Source: a virus (taxonomy: Duplodnaviria > Caudoviricetes). From it: a stretch of DNA of 51,609 nt. Where the stretch lies: the IMG/VR virus record IMGVR_UViG_3300005805_000120, positions 1-51,609 of that record; one strand, given 5' to 3'. Below, piece after piece: positions 10,469-19,879 of this stretch. The translations under genes and the position numbers were made by a program. Within the stretch, counting starts at the first letter, position 1. Each line of letters starts with the position of its first letter. The notes under the pieces were generated by a model. The model was given only the letters and a program-made list of their open reading frames with translations. It ran no database searches and was not told where the DNA came from.

Positions 10469-13222
10469 ATGCAGAAAAACGAAGTCAACTTCAAGGCTTT
10501 GACTTTTATCTCGGAACAAACCGCAAGCACTTTTAACTACGAAGTGAAAGGTGTAAGGGCTTTATGGGATCCAAGTCTTTCCATACCAGGCACTAATCGC
10601 CGTGGTGGTTGGCGTTGTCCTGTTGGCACTCGTTATGGTGGACAAATTACCGACAGATTCGGGCGTTCTTGCGGTTGGGGTGTGGCTCGTCGTATCGCAA
10701 ACCAAATTGCCGACATCGGCGAACGGCTAGAAAACATTGACGACCGAAAACGCAATAATCGTCTTGCTAAACGTAATGCTCGCATGCAACGTTTTTTGGC
10801 TCGTCAAGAGAAACCTGGTTTGCTTGAGCGTGGTGCAAGAAACATTGCCGAAGCACTTGAGGGTGGACAGACGCCACGACAAGTTAGACCCGCCGCACGC
10901 CCTGCTCGGCGTCAACCATTGGGAGGAATGATTGACCCAAATACAGGACGTGTTATCCCCCTAAGACCAGACCCCGTCATAGAACAGGCACGAGAGGTAA
11001 TAGAACAAGCGAGAAATCCTCGTGCCCCTCGTAGGAGAAGAGGAAATCTTCGCGAATCAGAACAGCGAAGAATGGATAGAGAACTTGTACAACCTGGCGC
11101 ACCTCGCACGGGCGAACCACCTAAACCTAACGCTCCAAGACGTCGGCGCAGAGCCGCTGCGCAACAGGGGGCAAAGCGAACTGTACGCAGAAAGCCTGAA
11201 GCAGATTTTGTTGATGGCGCTCCACCAGAACCGACAAGAGTTCCACGCAGAAAACCTGCACCAAAGCCAGCAGAGCCACCAAAACCTTCAACACCAATAC
11301 CAAGTCCCCCGACCTGGAATCCGACGGCAGAAGCAGCAGCCCAAGCGCCACAGTTCAATTTGCCAAGTCAGCCGCCTCCCGCACCAAACCCTCCTTCACC
11401 AGATTTAGGCGGAAGTTTGCCAGACGAGCGTTCAATAAGAAATGTTCGCAACCGTTTTCGTGAAAGAGGACTTCCAGATACTGCTTACTGGCGTGACAAC
11501 GATTTTCCAGAAGGTGAAGAAAAAGCAGAACTTGAAAGAAGGTTCGGGCGCTATTACGGAAAAGATAATAAACGTAATGCACGAGGCGATTATGTGAATC
11601 AGAAAATCTCTGCCAACCAAGGTGGTTTGGCGAACAGAGGTGGCGCTCGTAATCCTGCTCCAGAGTCTCCACCTGCCCCACCCGCACGTCCAGCAGGTCC
11701 GCCTCCAGTTCGTAAAGTTTTCAATGCCGAAGGCGAATTTAATAAACCTGAAGATGCGGACATGCTTCAAATAGTGCTTGAGGACTTAAATGGTTTTGAG
11801 CCAAACGCATTTAATAATTTGAGGGGTCTAAATAGAGATGCTTTGGTTGAAAAACAAAATAAATTGAACGCAGACCAAAAGGAAATTGACGAAAGATTTG
11901 AAGCAGCGCTTACTGCGTGGTCTAGAGATAAAGATGTGGGATTTCAAACTCGTGCAGAGGCGCGTGCCAACATAGCAAGAGCGCACATTGCTCGTGAACG
12001 CAATAGAATTGAACGAGAAGCCGTAAATCTTCGCCTTATTGAAGTTGACGCAGGGATTGCTTTTCAACCCAAACAAAGAAATCCATTACCAGAAGCAGCA
12101 CAACGGGTAAGGGTTCCGCAAGCACCAGTCCCTGATATTCCAGAACCAGAAGGCGGATTTGATGTTTCTCCACCTTCCCCCAAAGCAGATCATTCGCCAG
12201 AAAAACTTGGTCGCCTTGGTGAGGATGGTTTGCCAGAAATTAAAAATGTTCCCATTGGGAACAAAGGAATAAATACAAAAGCAGATGCGATTGGGCACTT
12301 GGAACGAGGCGGCGATTTGGCTGATGTTCCAGACGATTTGCTTGCTGACGCATTGGCTGGGGCTACTGGTCGATTTGAGAAAACAGATGCTGGTGGTGGA
12401 GTGAACGCAGCACAAATCAACGACAACATGTTCCTGTTTAAAGACAGGGTTACTGGCAAAAAATATTTCCTGAAATACACGAATGGTGCAGTGGCGGAAA
12501 ATGAAGATCTTCACGAACTCGTGGGCAATAACCTCGCAGGTCGATTGGGTATGCCGATTGGCGCAGTCCGAACAGACGGAAAACAAAAAGGCAGAGGAAA
12601 CGCACCTCACTCAGAAGGTAGGGCTATCGTTTTTGAGCACGCTGCGAACTATGCGGAAGGCGAAATTCAGAGCCCGAGAGATGTAGGAAATATGGCTCGT
12701 ATCAAAGCGTCTGACCGAGTTCGTGCAACCCTTTTGGATTTCATCATAGTTAACAGAGACCGCCACCAAGGGAACTTCTTTGTGGCGACTGACGCCAACG
12801 GGAACAAACGATTTGTCCCCATTGACCCGTCTTTGGGATTTGACGTGAATTGGGGTGGACGAGACTTTCAAGGTTTTGACGGAGATGATGCAGGTTTCAA
12901 CGCATGGATGAATCACAATTATGGTGGTGGAAGAAATCAAATGCTCAATTCGCTTCGGGCTCAGTTCCAGAACCAAGAACTAAGCAAGCGAGAGGTGATT
13001 GCCGCCATCGCAGATGTTCAAAGGTCTATTCGCGAAGCAGAACGCAAAAACCCATATATGAACGTTGTCAATGATGCCCTCAAAGCGGGAGGAGATGGAA
13101 CCCAACAGCCACGGTCTGGAGATAACGCTCGTGAGCGAATCGGTGTCCGCCCCATGAGAAAAATGAAGTACATCACCGATGTCGACCCAAGCAGACTCGC
13201 CGACTTGATACTAGGATTGTGA
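10469..13222 (+). CDS. effector 2: conserved N-terminal domain, Pro/Arg linker, HipA/PI3-PI4-kinase-like domain
   Basis: WDPSLSIPGTNRRGGWRCPVGTRYGGQITDRFGRSCGWG; DAGGGVN, YFLKY, HELVGNNLAGRLG, NRDRHQGN, PIDPSLGF. Confidence 0.82.
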   Translation: MQKNEVNFKALTFISEQTASTFNYEVKGVRALWDPSLSIPGTNRRGGWRCPVGTRYGGQITDRFGRSCGWGVARRIANQIADIGERLENIDDRKRNNRLAKRNARMQRFLARQEKPGLLERGARNIAEALEGGQTPRQVRPAARPARRQPLGGMIDPNTGRVIPLRPDPVIEQAREVIEQARNPRAPRRRRGNLRESEQRRMDRELVQPGAPRTGEPPKPNAPRRRRRAAAQQGAKRTVRRKPEADFVDGAPPEPTRVPRRKPAPKPAEPPKPSTPIPSPPTWNPTAEAAAQAPQFNLPSQPPPAPNPPSPDLGGSLPDERSIRNVRNRFRERGLPDTAYWRDNDFPEGEEKAELERRFGRYYGKDNKRNARGDYVNQKISANQGGLANRGGARNPAPESPPAPPARPAGPPPVRKVFNAEGEFNKPEDADMLQIVLEDLNGFEPNAFNNLRGLNRDALVEKQNKLNADQKEIDERFEAALTAWSRDKDVGFQTRAEARANIARAHIARERNRIEREAVNLRLIEVDAGIAFQPKQRNPLPEAAQRVRVPQAPVPDIPEPEGGFDVSPPSPKADHSPEKLGRLGEDGLPEIKNVPIGNKGINTKADAIGHLERGGDLADVPDDLLADALAGATGRFEKTDAGGGVNAAQINDNMFLFKDRVTGKKYFLKYTNGAVAENEDLHELVGNNLAGRLGMPIGAVRTDGKQKGRGNAPHSEGRAIVFEHAANYAEGEIQSPRDVGNMARIKASDRVRATLLDFIIVNRDRHQGNFFVATDANGNKRFVPIDPSLGFDVNWGGRDFQGFDGDDAGFNAWMNHNYGGGRNQMLNSLRAQFQNQELSKREVIAAIADVQRSIREAERKNPYMNVVNDALKAGGDGTQQPRSGDNARERIGVRPMRKMKYITDVDPSRLADLILGL

Positions 13223-13521
13223 ACATGAGGGCAGCAATTATCACTTCCAAAGACGATTCAGTTAAATCGTCGCCCTTGGTTATAGTTGAGGACGACAAGG
13301 GAATTCTCAAGTATTACTCGCAAAACCGTGAGGCGGACAAACTTGACAACGAGAACTTTTTGTATGCCAAAAAGAATTCTCCGAAAATAGCAAACTTGGA
13401 GCACATGTTGCACGGGTATTCATACTTTGATACTCAGGTTTTTGAGTACGAGGGTTCTGGCAAAGAGAAGATTGATAATATGCTTTTGTCCATTGGACAC
13501 AAAAAACTAGACACCAAATAA
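13219..13521 (+). CDS. small partner of effector 2 (putative immunity protein)
   Basis: GTGA overlap with the kinase stop (or ATG 13225); similar to 8418-8732. Confidence 0.55.
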   Translation: MNMRAAIITSKDDSVKSSPLVIVEDDKGILKYYSQNREADKLDNENFLYAKKNSPKIANLEHMLHGYSYFDTQVFEYEGSGKEKIDNMLLSIGHKKLDTK

Positions 13522-13645
13522 TATATTTACACTAGGTCGTTTTAAATATCAACGCCCTTTTAGTGATAACATTTTAATGTGGCGATATAGCGACTGCGAT
13601 ATTTGCAGGGCTCGCTGAATGTCTTTCAACTGTGGAAAGTAAACA

Positions 13646-16417
13646 ATGAACCTAGTTTTCATTATCAAAAACCGTGACAACACACCATTTATGGTTGTTA
13701 GAACCACGCCCAACGGCTCAACTTTTGAGCCAATGTCGGAACCAGCCAAAGAACTTGCAGGCATCTTGCGTCAAGAATACGGGAAAACACCAATTACAAA
13801 ACCTGAACTAGTTCAATCAATGGACGCATCAAAAATCATTGAAGGACCTAGCCCAGCAGGGACAGCATCACAAAAGAAAGTCATGAGCCTGTCTCTTGAA
13901 AAAACAGAACTGCCAAAACTTCCAGTTATCTCCATTTCTGAAGTCCTTTTGTCTGAATTCTCCAATGAAGAATTCAAAAATGTTTTAACATTCAAAGCGT
14001 CATCGTTCATATCTGACCAAACTCGTTCTTCGGCACATTTTGAAATCAAAGGTGTACGTGCTGTTTGGGATCCAGGTTTGGCAATTCCTGGCACAAATCG
14101 TCGTGGCGGTTTTAGATGCCCTGTTGGCACAAGATACGGTGGACAAATCACAGACCGATTCGGGCGTTCCTGTGGATGGGGTGTAGCGAGGCGTATTGCC
14201 AACCAAATTGCTGACATTGGGGAACGATTGGAACAACGAGATGACGACAAGCGTAAGCGTCGCCTTGACCGTCGTAACGCAAGAATGATTAGACGACTTG
14301 GTGGCAACGCTGGAGAAGGTCGTGTTGAAGGTGGTTTGCGTAATATCGCCCGACGCCTTGACGGTGGAAGTGAAGCAACCCCAAAACCGCCAAGACAACG
14401 AGTAGGTCGTGGTGAAGGTAGGGAATTTGCACAAAGAGTATTTGACGAAAGCACTATCGGAAGAATCATCAACGATGTTCGGCGACGACCCCAGAATGCC
14501 GAACAAGAAGATGTCGAGTCACAAGCACCGTCTGTACGCGTCCCACGCAACAGGCGACGAGATGTCACACAAGAAACAGAACCGACTCCAAGACCCGCAC
14601 GACGACCACGCCCACAAGTCGCCCCACGACCAAGGAACGTTGATGTGCTCACACCACAAGACGCATCCGACGCAGGAGAAACAGAAGATTTCAAACCTTA
14701 CGTATTACGAAAATACGACGAGTATGCAAAACGAGTCCGAGAAATTCGGCTGGCTGGCGGTAATGCGGGAATGTTGACTCGCCGTGAATGGTACGCAATC
14801 AACAAAGAAAATCTTCGTGAGGCTTGGAAAGACGCTCACGGTCGTAACGCACCACAAGATTTTGAACCACCAACACCACAGGCTCGTCGCCCACGAAACA
14901 ACCGTCGTCGCCGTAGGCAGTCAACAGCACAAGGCGCAGGGCGTTCTGCTACTCGTAGACCAACACCTGATGATGTTCCCGAACCACCCCCTGCGAGACC
15001 CGTAAGACCAGCACGACCTCGTCGTCCTCGTCGTGACCCCAACTTCGCGGGTGGTGCAGGTTTTGTTACACCTGGTGATGGAGGCGGAGCGCCGCCAGAA
15101 GTACGACCACCAGCAGCCCCACCGTCAGGCATCTCAGCCGATTTCCCAAGTGCGCCAGAGCCATCAACACCAACACCAAAACCAAAGGCTCCACGAGGTG
15201 GAAGAAAGAAGCAATCGCCACCACTTAATCGTGCAAAAGACAGACACGAAACAGGTTTGCCAAAATTGGAAAACGGAAAGTTTGATGAAGTTCCAGTTGG
15301 CAACAAAGGGATTAACACCAAAGCACAAGCACTTGCATACAATGGTCCGCTGGGTGATATTCCAGACAAATTCCTTGCTGATGTTATGGAAAAGCGTTCC
15401 GACTTTATTCAAGACCGAGGCGGAGATACGAACCCGAGAAGCGCACTAGCAAAAGCGATGTTCGGCGCTAATGGGGCTACAACTCCCGAACAATTACGAG
15501 ACCTCAGGGCAACAGTTACTCGCCTAAGAAAATCACGAACAAAAAACAACGCATTAACTGCTCGAGACAAGGAAACACTGAAAAGACTTAAAGAATCGGG
15601 AGTGAACTACATAAGTTTCTATGCGGGAACTGGTGGAGCAAACCCAAGTTTCCATCTTTTCATTGACGATAATGGGAACATGGATGGGCGAGGATATTTG
15701 CTAAAGCCAAGAGACATGAGTTTTGGCAATGGGGCGAATCACGCAGAATTGTTGGGTGCCGTCCTCGCCGAACAAATGGGCTTTGCTCAGGGGCAAGGTC
15801 GAATAATTCCAGGAACTTCATACAATAAAATATTGCTTGAACTCGGTCCTAATTTTGCCGAAGGGCAAGTGGACAATATCGGCAACGTAGCCAACGGCGC
15901 TAACGCTATTAAAGACAAAGAATCTCGTCTTGGTGCCGCTCTGCTAAATGGAATCATGGGGGCTGCGGATAGGCACGCTGGCAACGGAATGATATTTGAA
16001 GGAAATGGCGCATTGCCGATTGACTTTGGTCGCGCTTTTGTTCACCGCAACGATGATGCACCATCACTATTCCGATACATCATGGGTGGTCGGGAATACG
16101 GAGGTATTGATAGGAGCCCCCTTGGAGGATACAAACAGAAATACCAAGAACTAGTACGAGCAGGTAGAACTCCGCAACAAGCAAAGGATGCTTTGCGCAC
16201 CGAATTGAAGCAATCATTAGACCAATGGCGTGCTGGGATGAAAGAAGTGCTTGACAATGGTGTGGCAGACAATTTGGCTGCAAGGTTTGCAAATAACGAC
16301 AATATTGGTGGAGCAAATGTTCGTATTGCCGATAGAAAAGCAAAAATTGGAAGCAGACTTGACATTATGGTTTCAGATGAATTCGTTAATCTTATGATGG
16401 AGGAAATTGGGCGATGA
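13646..16417 (+). CDS. effector 3: N-terminal extension, conserved domain, linker, HipA/PI3-PI4-kinase-like domain
   Basis: Same conserved domain as 10469; GTGGAN, YLLKP, AELLGAVLAEQMG, ADRHAGN, PIDFGRAF. Confidence 0.82.
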   Translation: MNLVFIIKNRDNTPFMVVRTTPNGSTFEPMSEPAKELAGILRQEYGKTPITKPELVQSMDASKIIEGPSPAGTASQKKVMSLSLEKTELPKLPVISISEVLLSEFSNEEFKNVLTFKASSFISDQTRSSAHFEIKGVRAVWDPGLAIPGTNRRGGFRCPVGTRYGGQITDRFGRSCGWGVARRIANQIADIGERLEQRDDDKRKRRLDRRNARMIRRLGGNAGEGRVEGGLRNIARRLDGGSEATPKPPRQRVGRGEGREFAQRVFDESTIGRIINDVRRRPQNAEQEDVESQAPSVRVPRNRRRDVTQETEPTPRPARRPRPQVAPRPRNVDVLTPQDASDAGETEDFKPYVLRKYDEYAKRVREIRLAGGNAGMLTRREWYAINKENLREAWKDAHGRNAPQDFEPPTPQARRPRNNRRRRRQSTAQGAGRSATRRPTPDDVPEPPPARPVRPARPRRPRRDPNFAGGAGFVTPGDGGGAPPEVRPPAAPPSGISADFPSAPEPSTPTPKPKAPRGGRKKQSPPLNRAKDRHETGLPKLENGKFDEVPVGNKGINTKAQALAYNGPLGDIPDKFLADVMEKRSDFIQDRGGDTNPRSALAKAMFGANGATTPEQLRDLRATVTRLRKSRTKNNALTARDKETLKRLKESGVNYISFYAGTGGANPSFHLFIDDNGNMDGRGYLLKPRDMSFGNGANHAELLGAVLAEQMGFAQGQGRIIPGTSYNKILLELGPNFAEGQVDNIGNVANGANAIKDKESRLGAALLNGIMGAADRHAGNGMIFEGNGALPIDFGRAFVHRNDDAPSLFRYIMGGREYGGIDRSPLGGYKQKYQELVRAGRTPQQAKDALRTELKQSLDQWRAGMKEVLDNGVADNLAARFANNDNIGGANVRIADRKAKIGSRLDIMVSDEFVNLMMEEIGR

Positions 16418-16707
16418 TTAAATCAATATGTCTTCTGACTGACCCCAAGGTTCTTCTTTCTTGCGACGGAAAAAAATTTCAGGCGCTAGGCAGTTCGTCT
16501 ATTGCACAGTCGATAAGAGACAGCATGGAAAACGAAGAAGGTGCCTTTTATCAATTCATGAAGAAACCAAAAGAAGATTTTGACCCAGTTAATTACTGGT
16601 TTACATCTTCCATGAATTTTGCTGACGAAGTCCCCCCGAAACCATACAGCGAAGAACTTTTTGAATTGTTAAAAGAAGAATTAGCCATGCTTGAGAAAGA
16701 CAAATAA
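16414..16707 (+). CDS. small partner of effector 3 (putative immunity protein)
   Basis: ATGA overlap with the kinase stop; 97 aa, acidic. Confidence 0.55.
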   Translation: MIKSICLLTDPKVLLSCDGKKFQALGSSSIAQSIRDSMENEEGAFYQFMKKPKEDFDPVNYWFTSSMNFADEVPPKPYSEELFELLKEELAMLEKDK

Positions 16708-16713
16708 AAACAG

Positions 16714-19700
16714 ATGCTTCAGAATGTTGTTGATTTCAAAGCAAAATCTTTCTTAACTGAAAGAAATACCTCGACTATGTCTTATGAGGTGAAGGCTGTT
16801 CGTGCTATTTGGGACCCGAGTTTGTCTATTCCTGGAACGAACCGTCGTGGTGGTTGGCGTTGCCCCGTAGGAACTCGTTACGGCGGACAAATCACCGACC
16901 GTTTCGGCAGGTCTTGTGGTTGGGGTATCGCACGACGAATTGCCAATCAAATTTCTGACATCGGTTCGCGGTTAGAGAGTGTTGATGATGCTCGCAGAGG
17001 TCGTCGTATTGCTCGCCGAGAACGCAGAATTCTTGCTCGCCTAAACGCACAAGAAGGAGGCGCTAGTCGTCTTGAGCGTGGATTGCGAGGGGTTGCGGAA
17101 AGACTAGATGGAGGGGAAGCACCAACTCCTCGTGGAGGACGACGGAGAACAGTAACCGCAAGACCTCCATCGGTTGACGAACCTGAAGCAATTAGCGAAT
17201 CGACACCCGATGCTCCACGCCCACAGCGCAGACGGCGCGCACCTGCTCGTCCTGTTCGTGAAGAAGGAAATCTCCTCGCAGCCGAACCAACAGAAGTTTT
17301 GGAAGAAATGCGTGCAGAGTTGGAAAACGCTACTGGTGGCAGAGACAGCGATGATTACAAGCGAGTAATGGCAGAGTTGAAACGGCGTGAAGCCTCCGCT
17401 CGTCCTGCTCGTAGACGGCAACCAGCAAGGCGTCGTGGCGGAAATCTTCGTGAGTCGGAACAACGAAGAATGGATAGAGAGATTGAAGAGCCAGGCGCAC
17501 CGCGTACTGGTGAAGCACCTGCTCGTCGCCGTCGTCGTGCCGTCGTTGAGGCAACAAACAAGCCAAAAGCACCCGTCCAAAAACCCGAAGCAGTTTTTGA
17601 ACCCAAGGTTGTTAAACCTCGTCGCCCGAAGCCAAAAAGAGAAAATGTTGACATCGGTAACCCGCCAAAAGATTTTCAAGAAGTTGGCATCGGGCGTTGG
17701 AGAAAAGGTGATTGGTATATCGCGGTAGACGCAGAAGGGGACAGACAATTAGGTCTTACCGCAACAGACGGTAGAGGCAACGTCATACAGGTTCGTAATT
17801 TCGATGAACTAGTTAGAAAAATGGAAATTGCTGACCGACAACCACGTCCTCGTCGTCCTCGTCGCAATCCAAACTTTGCGGGAGGCGCTGGTTTTGTGAC
17901 ACCTGGTGATGGTGGAAATCCAAATCCCCCTCAACCAGCAGCGAGACCGCCCGCAGCACCACCTCAACCAAGTCGTCGGAATGAAAAGCGACGAGTGAAT
18001 CTCAATGCGGTTGTAGGTGAGCAAAATTTTGAAAAGTTACTCAAACGTGAGTACATGATTAATGACCGAATAATGATTGTTAATGATGTGCGCAATTTTC
18101 CCAATTACGATGCGGGAAAAATAATCGCAGGAAGATATGCAGAAGGAAGAATAGAGCAAGCCCAAGAGCACTTGCGCAAACTAGATGAGGCAATAGCGAG
18201 GGGCGACATTTCCGAAAATGACTTTATTGAAATGGATATGTTCAATTCAAGACCCGAACGAGTCAGTGTCGCAAGAGTTAAGGAAATCATTGGTAGTTAT
18301 AGAGACGGATTTGAAGAAGTTAGAGATGCGAATCTAGGTCGCAGACGACCAGCAACACCTGCGCCTGCACCTGCGCCTGCGCCAGTTGACCCGATAGACG
18401 CACCATTTCTTACTCCAGACAAAAAAGATGTCAGAAAAGCGCCAGCCGCTCTTAAGTACAAGGCACCAAAAGTTGAAGTAGCAAAATTTTCTGCTCAACA
18501 AGAGGAAGCGATAGAGCGAATACTGGTAGAAATCGCAGATGCAAAAAGATTGAATGAGTTTTCTTTGGCGGTAGACCAAGCAAACTTTTTTCAAAACGAA
18601 GGACGTCAAAACGCTTTAAGAAGTTATCAAAGAAGACTTGCTGAGATTGCGGCAAAATTACGAAATGATCCTGGAGCACGAGTGCCTGCTCGGGTTGATA
18701 ATGAAATCGCTATAGCAAAACAAGCATTGTTGCGCTCGGTTGGCGGTGGGAGCATTGATACCGCTAAAGCAAGACTTGACCAACTAAATAGTCAACTGGC
18801 AGACAAGTTTTCTCGGTTGAGAAAACCCCTCGGTAACGATGCTGAGCGGAAAGAAATTGACCGTGTAAGAACGATGCAGGAAATTGGTTTAATCAAACAA
18901 GAGATGGGAAATTTGGAGGGGGTAATTGCTGTACATGATTTGCTCGATGCCGAGGTGCGCAAAACGGTTGAACGAATTGCCCAAGGTTACGAGTTCAATC
19001 CTGACGCAACCGATATTCCGAAACCGACCCCCGAGACTGTCAAAGCACAAATCAAAGAGCAAATTGCTGGAGCAATTAATCGCAGACAAGGCAAACTTGC
19101 CAAATACCTGAAAGAACGAAACCCACAGGGTGGTGCTCTCTATGAAGATATGACACCAGAAAAATGGCGTGGGTTGTCGTTGTCGCAAAAAGAAGCATAT
19201 TTGAAAGAGGCTTATAGTCACAATTTAATCAAAGGCAAAAACGGAAGATTCTATAATGCCGTTGCGCAAGTTAGGGGAAATTCTATTCAAGTTGTATTCA
19301 ACGAGGTTAACGCCCAAGGACAAATTATTAGAGCACGTATTGGGTCTTCCAGCAGAGAAATAAGCGGCAATTCGGTGTATCAAGCAAGTATGTTTGTCTC
19401 AAGCAAATTAGACAGAGGCGCAGACATCCAAACTATTTATAATCAGCACGCATTTCTATATCTCAGCAAAATGGGTGTCACATCGGCAAGAGTTAACGCA
19501 GCGGATGACGGACAGTATGTTTGGGCTCGAGTCGGTTTCAAAAAATCTGGGGGAGTTGACCGAGCCAGACTGCAGAGTCTTGTATCGGAGATGCGCTTTT
19601 ACGAAGAATTTGGGGCAGGTGGACTCATATCAAATGATGCAGAATATGCACGAATTGCTTCCATCCTGAGACAAGCAGAAGGTGGGACTCGGTTTTATCA

Positions 19701-19875
19701 TCAAGACATTATTTTTGCCATAGATGATGTTGATGATAAGGCGAGAGCAGAATATGTGAAACAATGGTTTAAGAGCAATATTCCGTTTAGCGGAGGGGTT
19801 CTGACTTTTTCTGAGCAAAAAGTTGCGGGAGCAGGAAGAGTGAGGCGACCAAGAGCGCCAAGGGTAAGGGCTTAA
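16714..19875 (+). CDS. effector 4: conserved N-terminal domain, linker, C-terminal GNAT-like domain
   Basis: Same conserved domain; C-terminal DRGADIQ..YLSKMGVTSARVNAADDGQYVWARVGF resembles GNAT motifs A/B. Confidence 0.65.
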   Translation: MLQNVVDFKAKSFLTERNTSTMSYEVKAVRAIWDPSLSIPGTNRRGGWRCPVGTRYGGQITDRFGRSCGWGIARRIANQISDIGSRLESVDDARRGRRIARRERRILARLNAQEGGASRLERGLRGVAERLDGGEAPTPRGGRRRTVTARPPSVDEPEAISESTPDAPRPQRRRRAPARPVREEGNLLAAEPTEVLEEMRAELENATGGRDSDDYKRVMAELKRREASARPARRRQPARRRGGNLRESEQRRMDREIEEPGAPRTGEAPARRRRRAVVEATNKPKAPVQKPEAVFEPKVVKPRRPKPKRENVDIGNPPKDFQEVGIGRWRKGDWYIAVDAEGDRQLGLTATDGRGNVIQVRNFDELVRKMEIADRQPRPRRPRRNPNFAGGAGFVTPGDGGNPNPPQPAARPPAAPPQPSRRNEKRRVNLNAVVGEQNFEKLLKREYMINDRIMIVNDVRNFPNYDAGKIIAGRYAEGRIEQAQEHLRKLDEAIARGDISENDFIEMDMFNSRPERVSVARVKEIIGSYRDGFEEVRDANLGRRRPATPAPAPAPAPVDPIDAPFLTPDKKDVRKAPAALKYKAPKVEVAKFSAQQEEAIERILVEIADAKRLNEFSLAVDQANFFQNEGRQNALRSYQRRLAEIAAKLRNDPGARVPARVDNEIAIAKQALLRSVGGGSIDTAKARLDQLNSQLADKFSRLRKPLGNDAERKEIDRVRTMQEIGLIKQEMGNLEGVIAVHDLLDAEVRKTVERIAQGYEFNPDATDIPKPTPETVKAQIKEQIAGAINRRQGKLAKYLKERNPQGGALYEDMTPEKWRGLSLSQKEAYLKEAYSHNLIKGKNGRFYNAVAQVRGNSIQVVFNEVNAQGQIIRARIGSSSREISGNSVYQASMFVSSKLDRGADIQTIYNQHAFLYLSKMGVTSARVNAADDGQYVWARVGFKKSGGVDRARLQSLVSEMRFYEEFGAGGLISNDAEYARIASILRQAEGGTRFYHQDIIFAIDDVDDKARAEYVKQWFKSNIPFSGGVLTFSEQKVAGAGRVRRPRAPRVRA

Positions 19876-19879
19876 CATC

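Noticed and set aside
6580-16707. Classical HipBA/HipBST toxin-antitoxin modules
   Set aside because: No HipB-like HTH gene; the kinases are fused to long carriers and the partner genes lie downstream
10541-16980. Three ~190-bp repeats considered as diversity-generating retroelement TR/VR or mobile-element ends
   Set aside because: Differences are mostly synonymous rather than adenine-specific; no reverse transcriptase or transposase in the window
10727-18024. Long antisense and alternate-frame ORFs over the effector genes (e.g. 13813-14694, 14836-15369, 17104-17748)
   Set aside because: Shadows of Pro/Arg-rich coding sequence with no motifs or RBS
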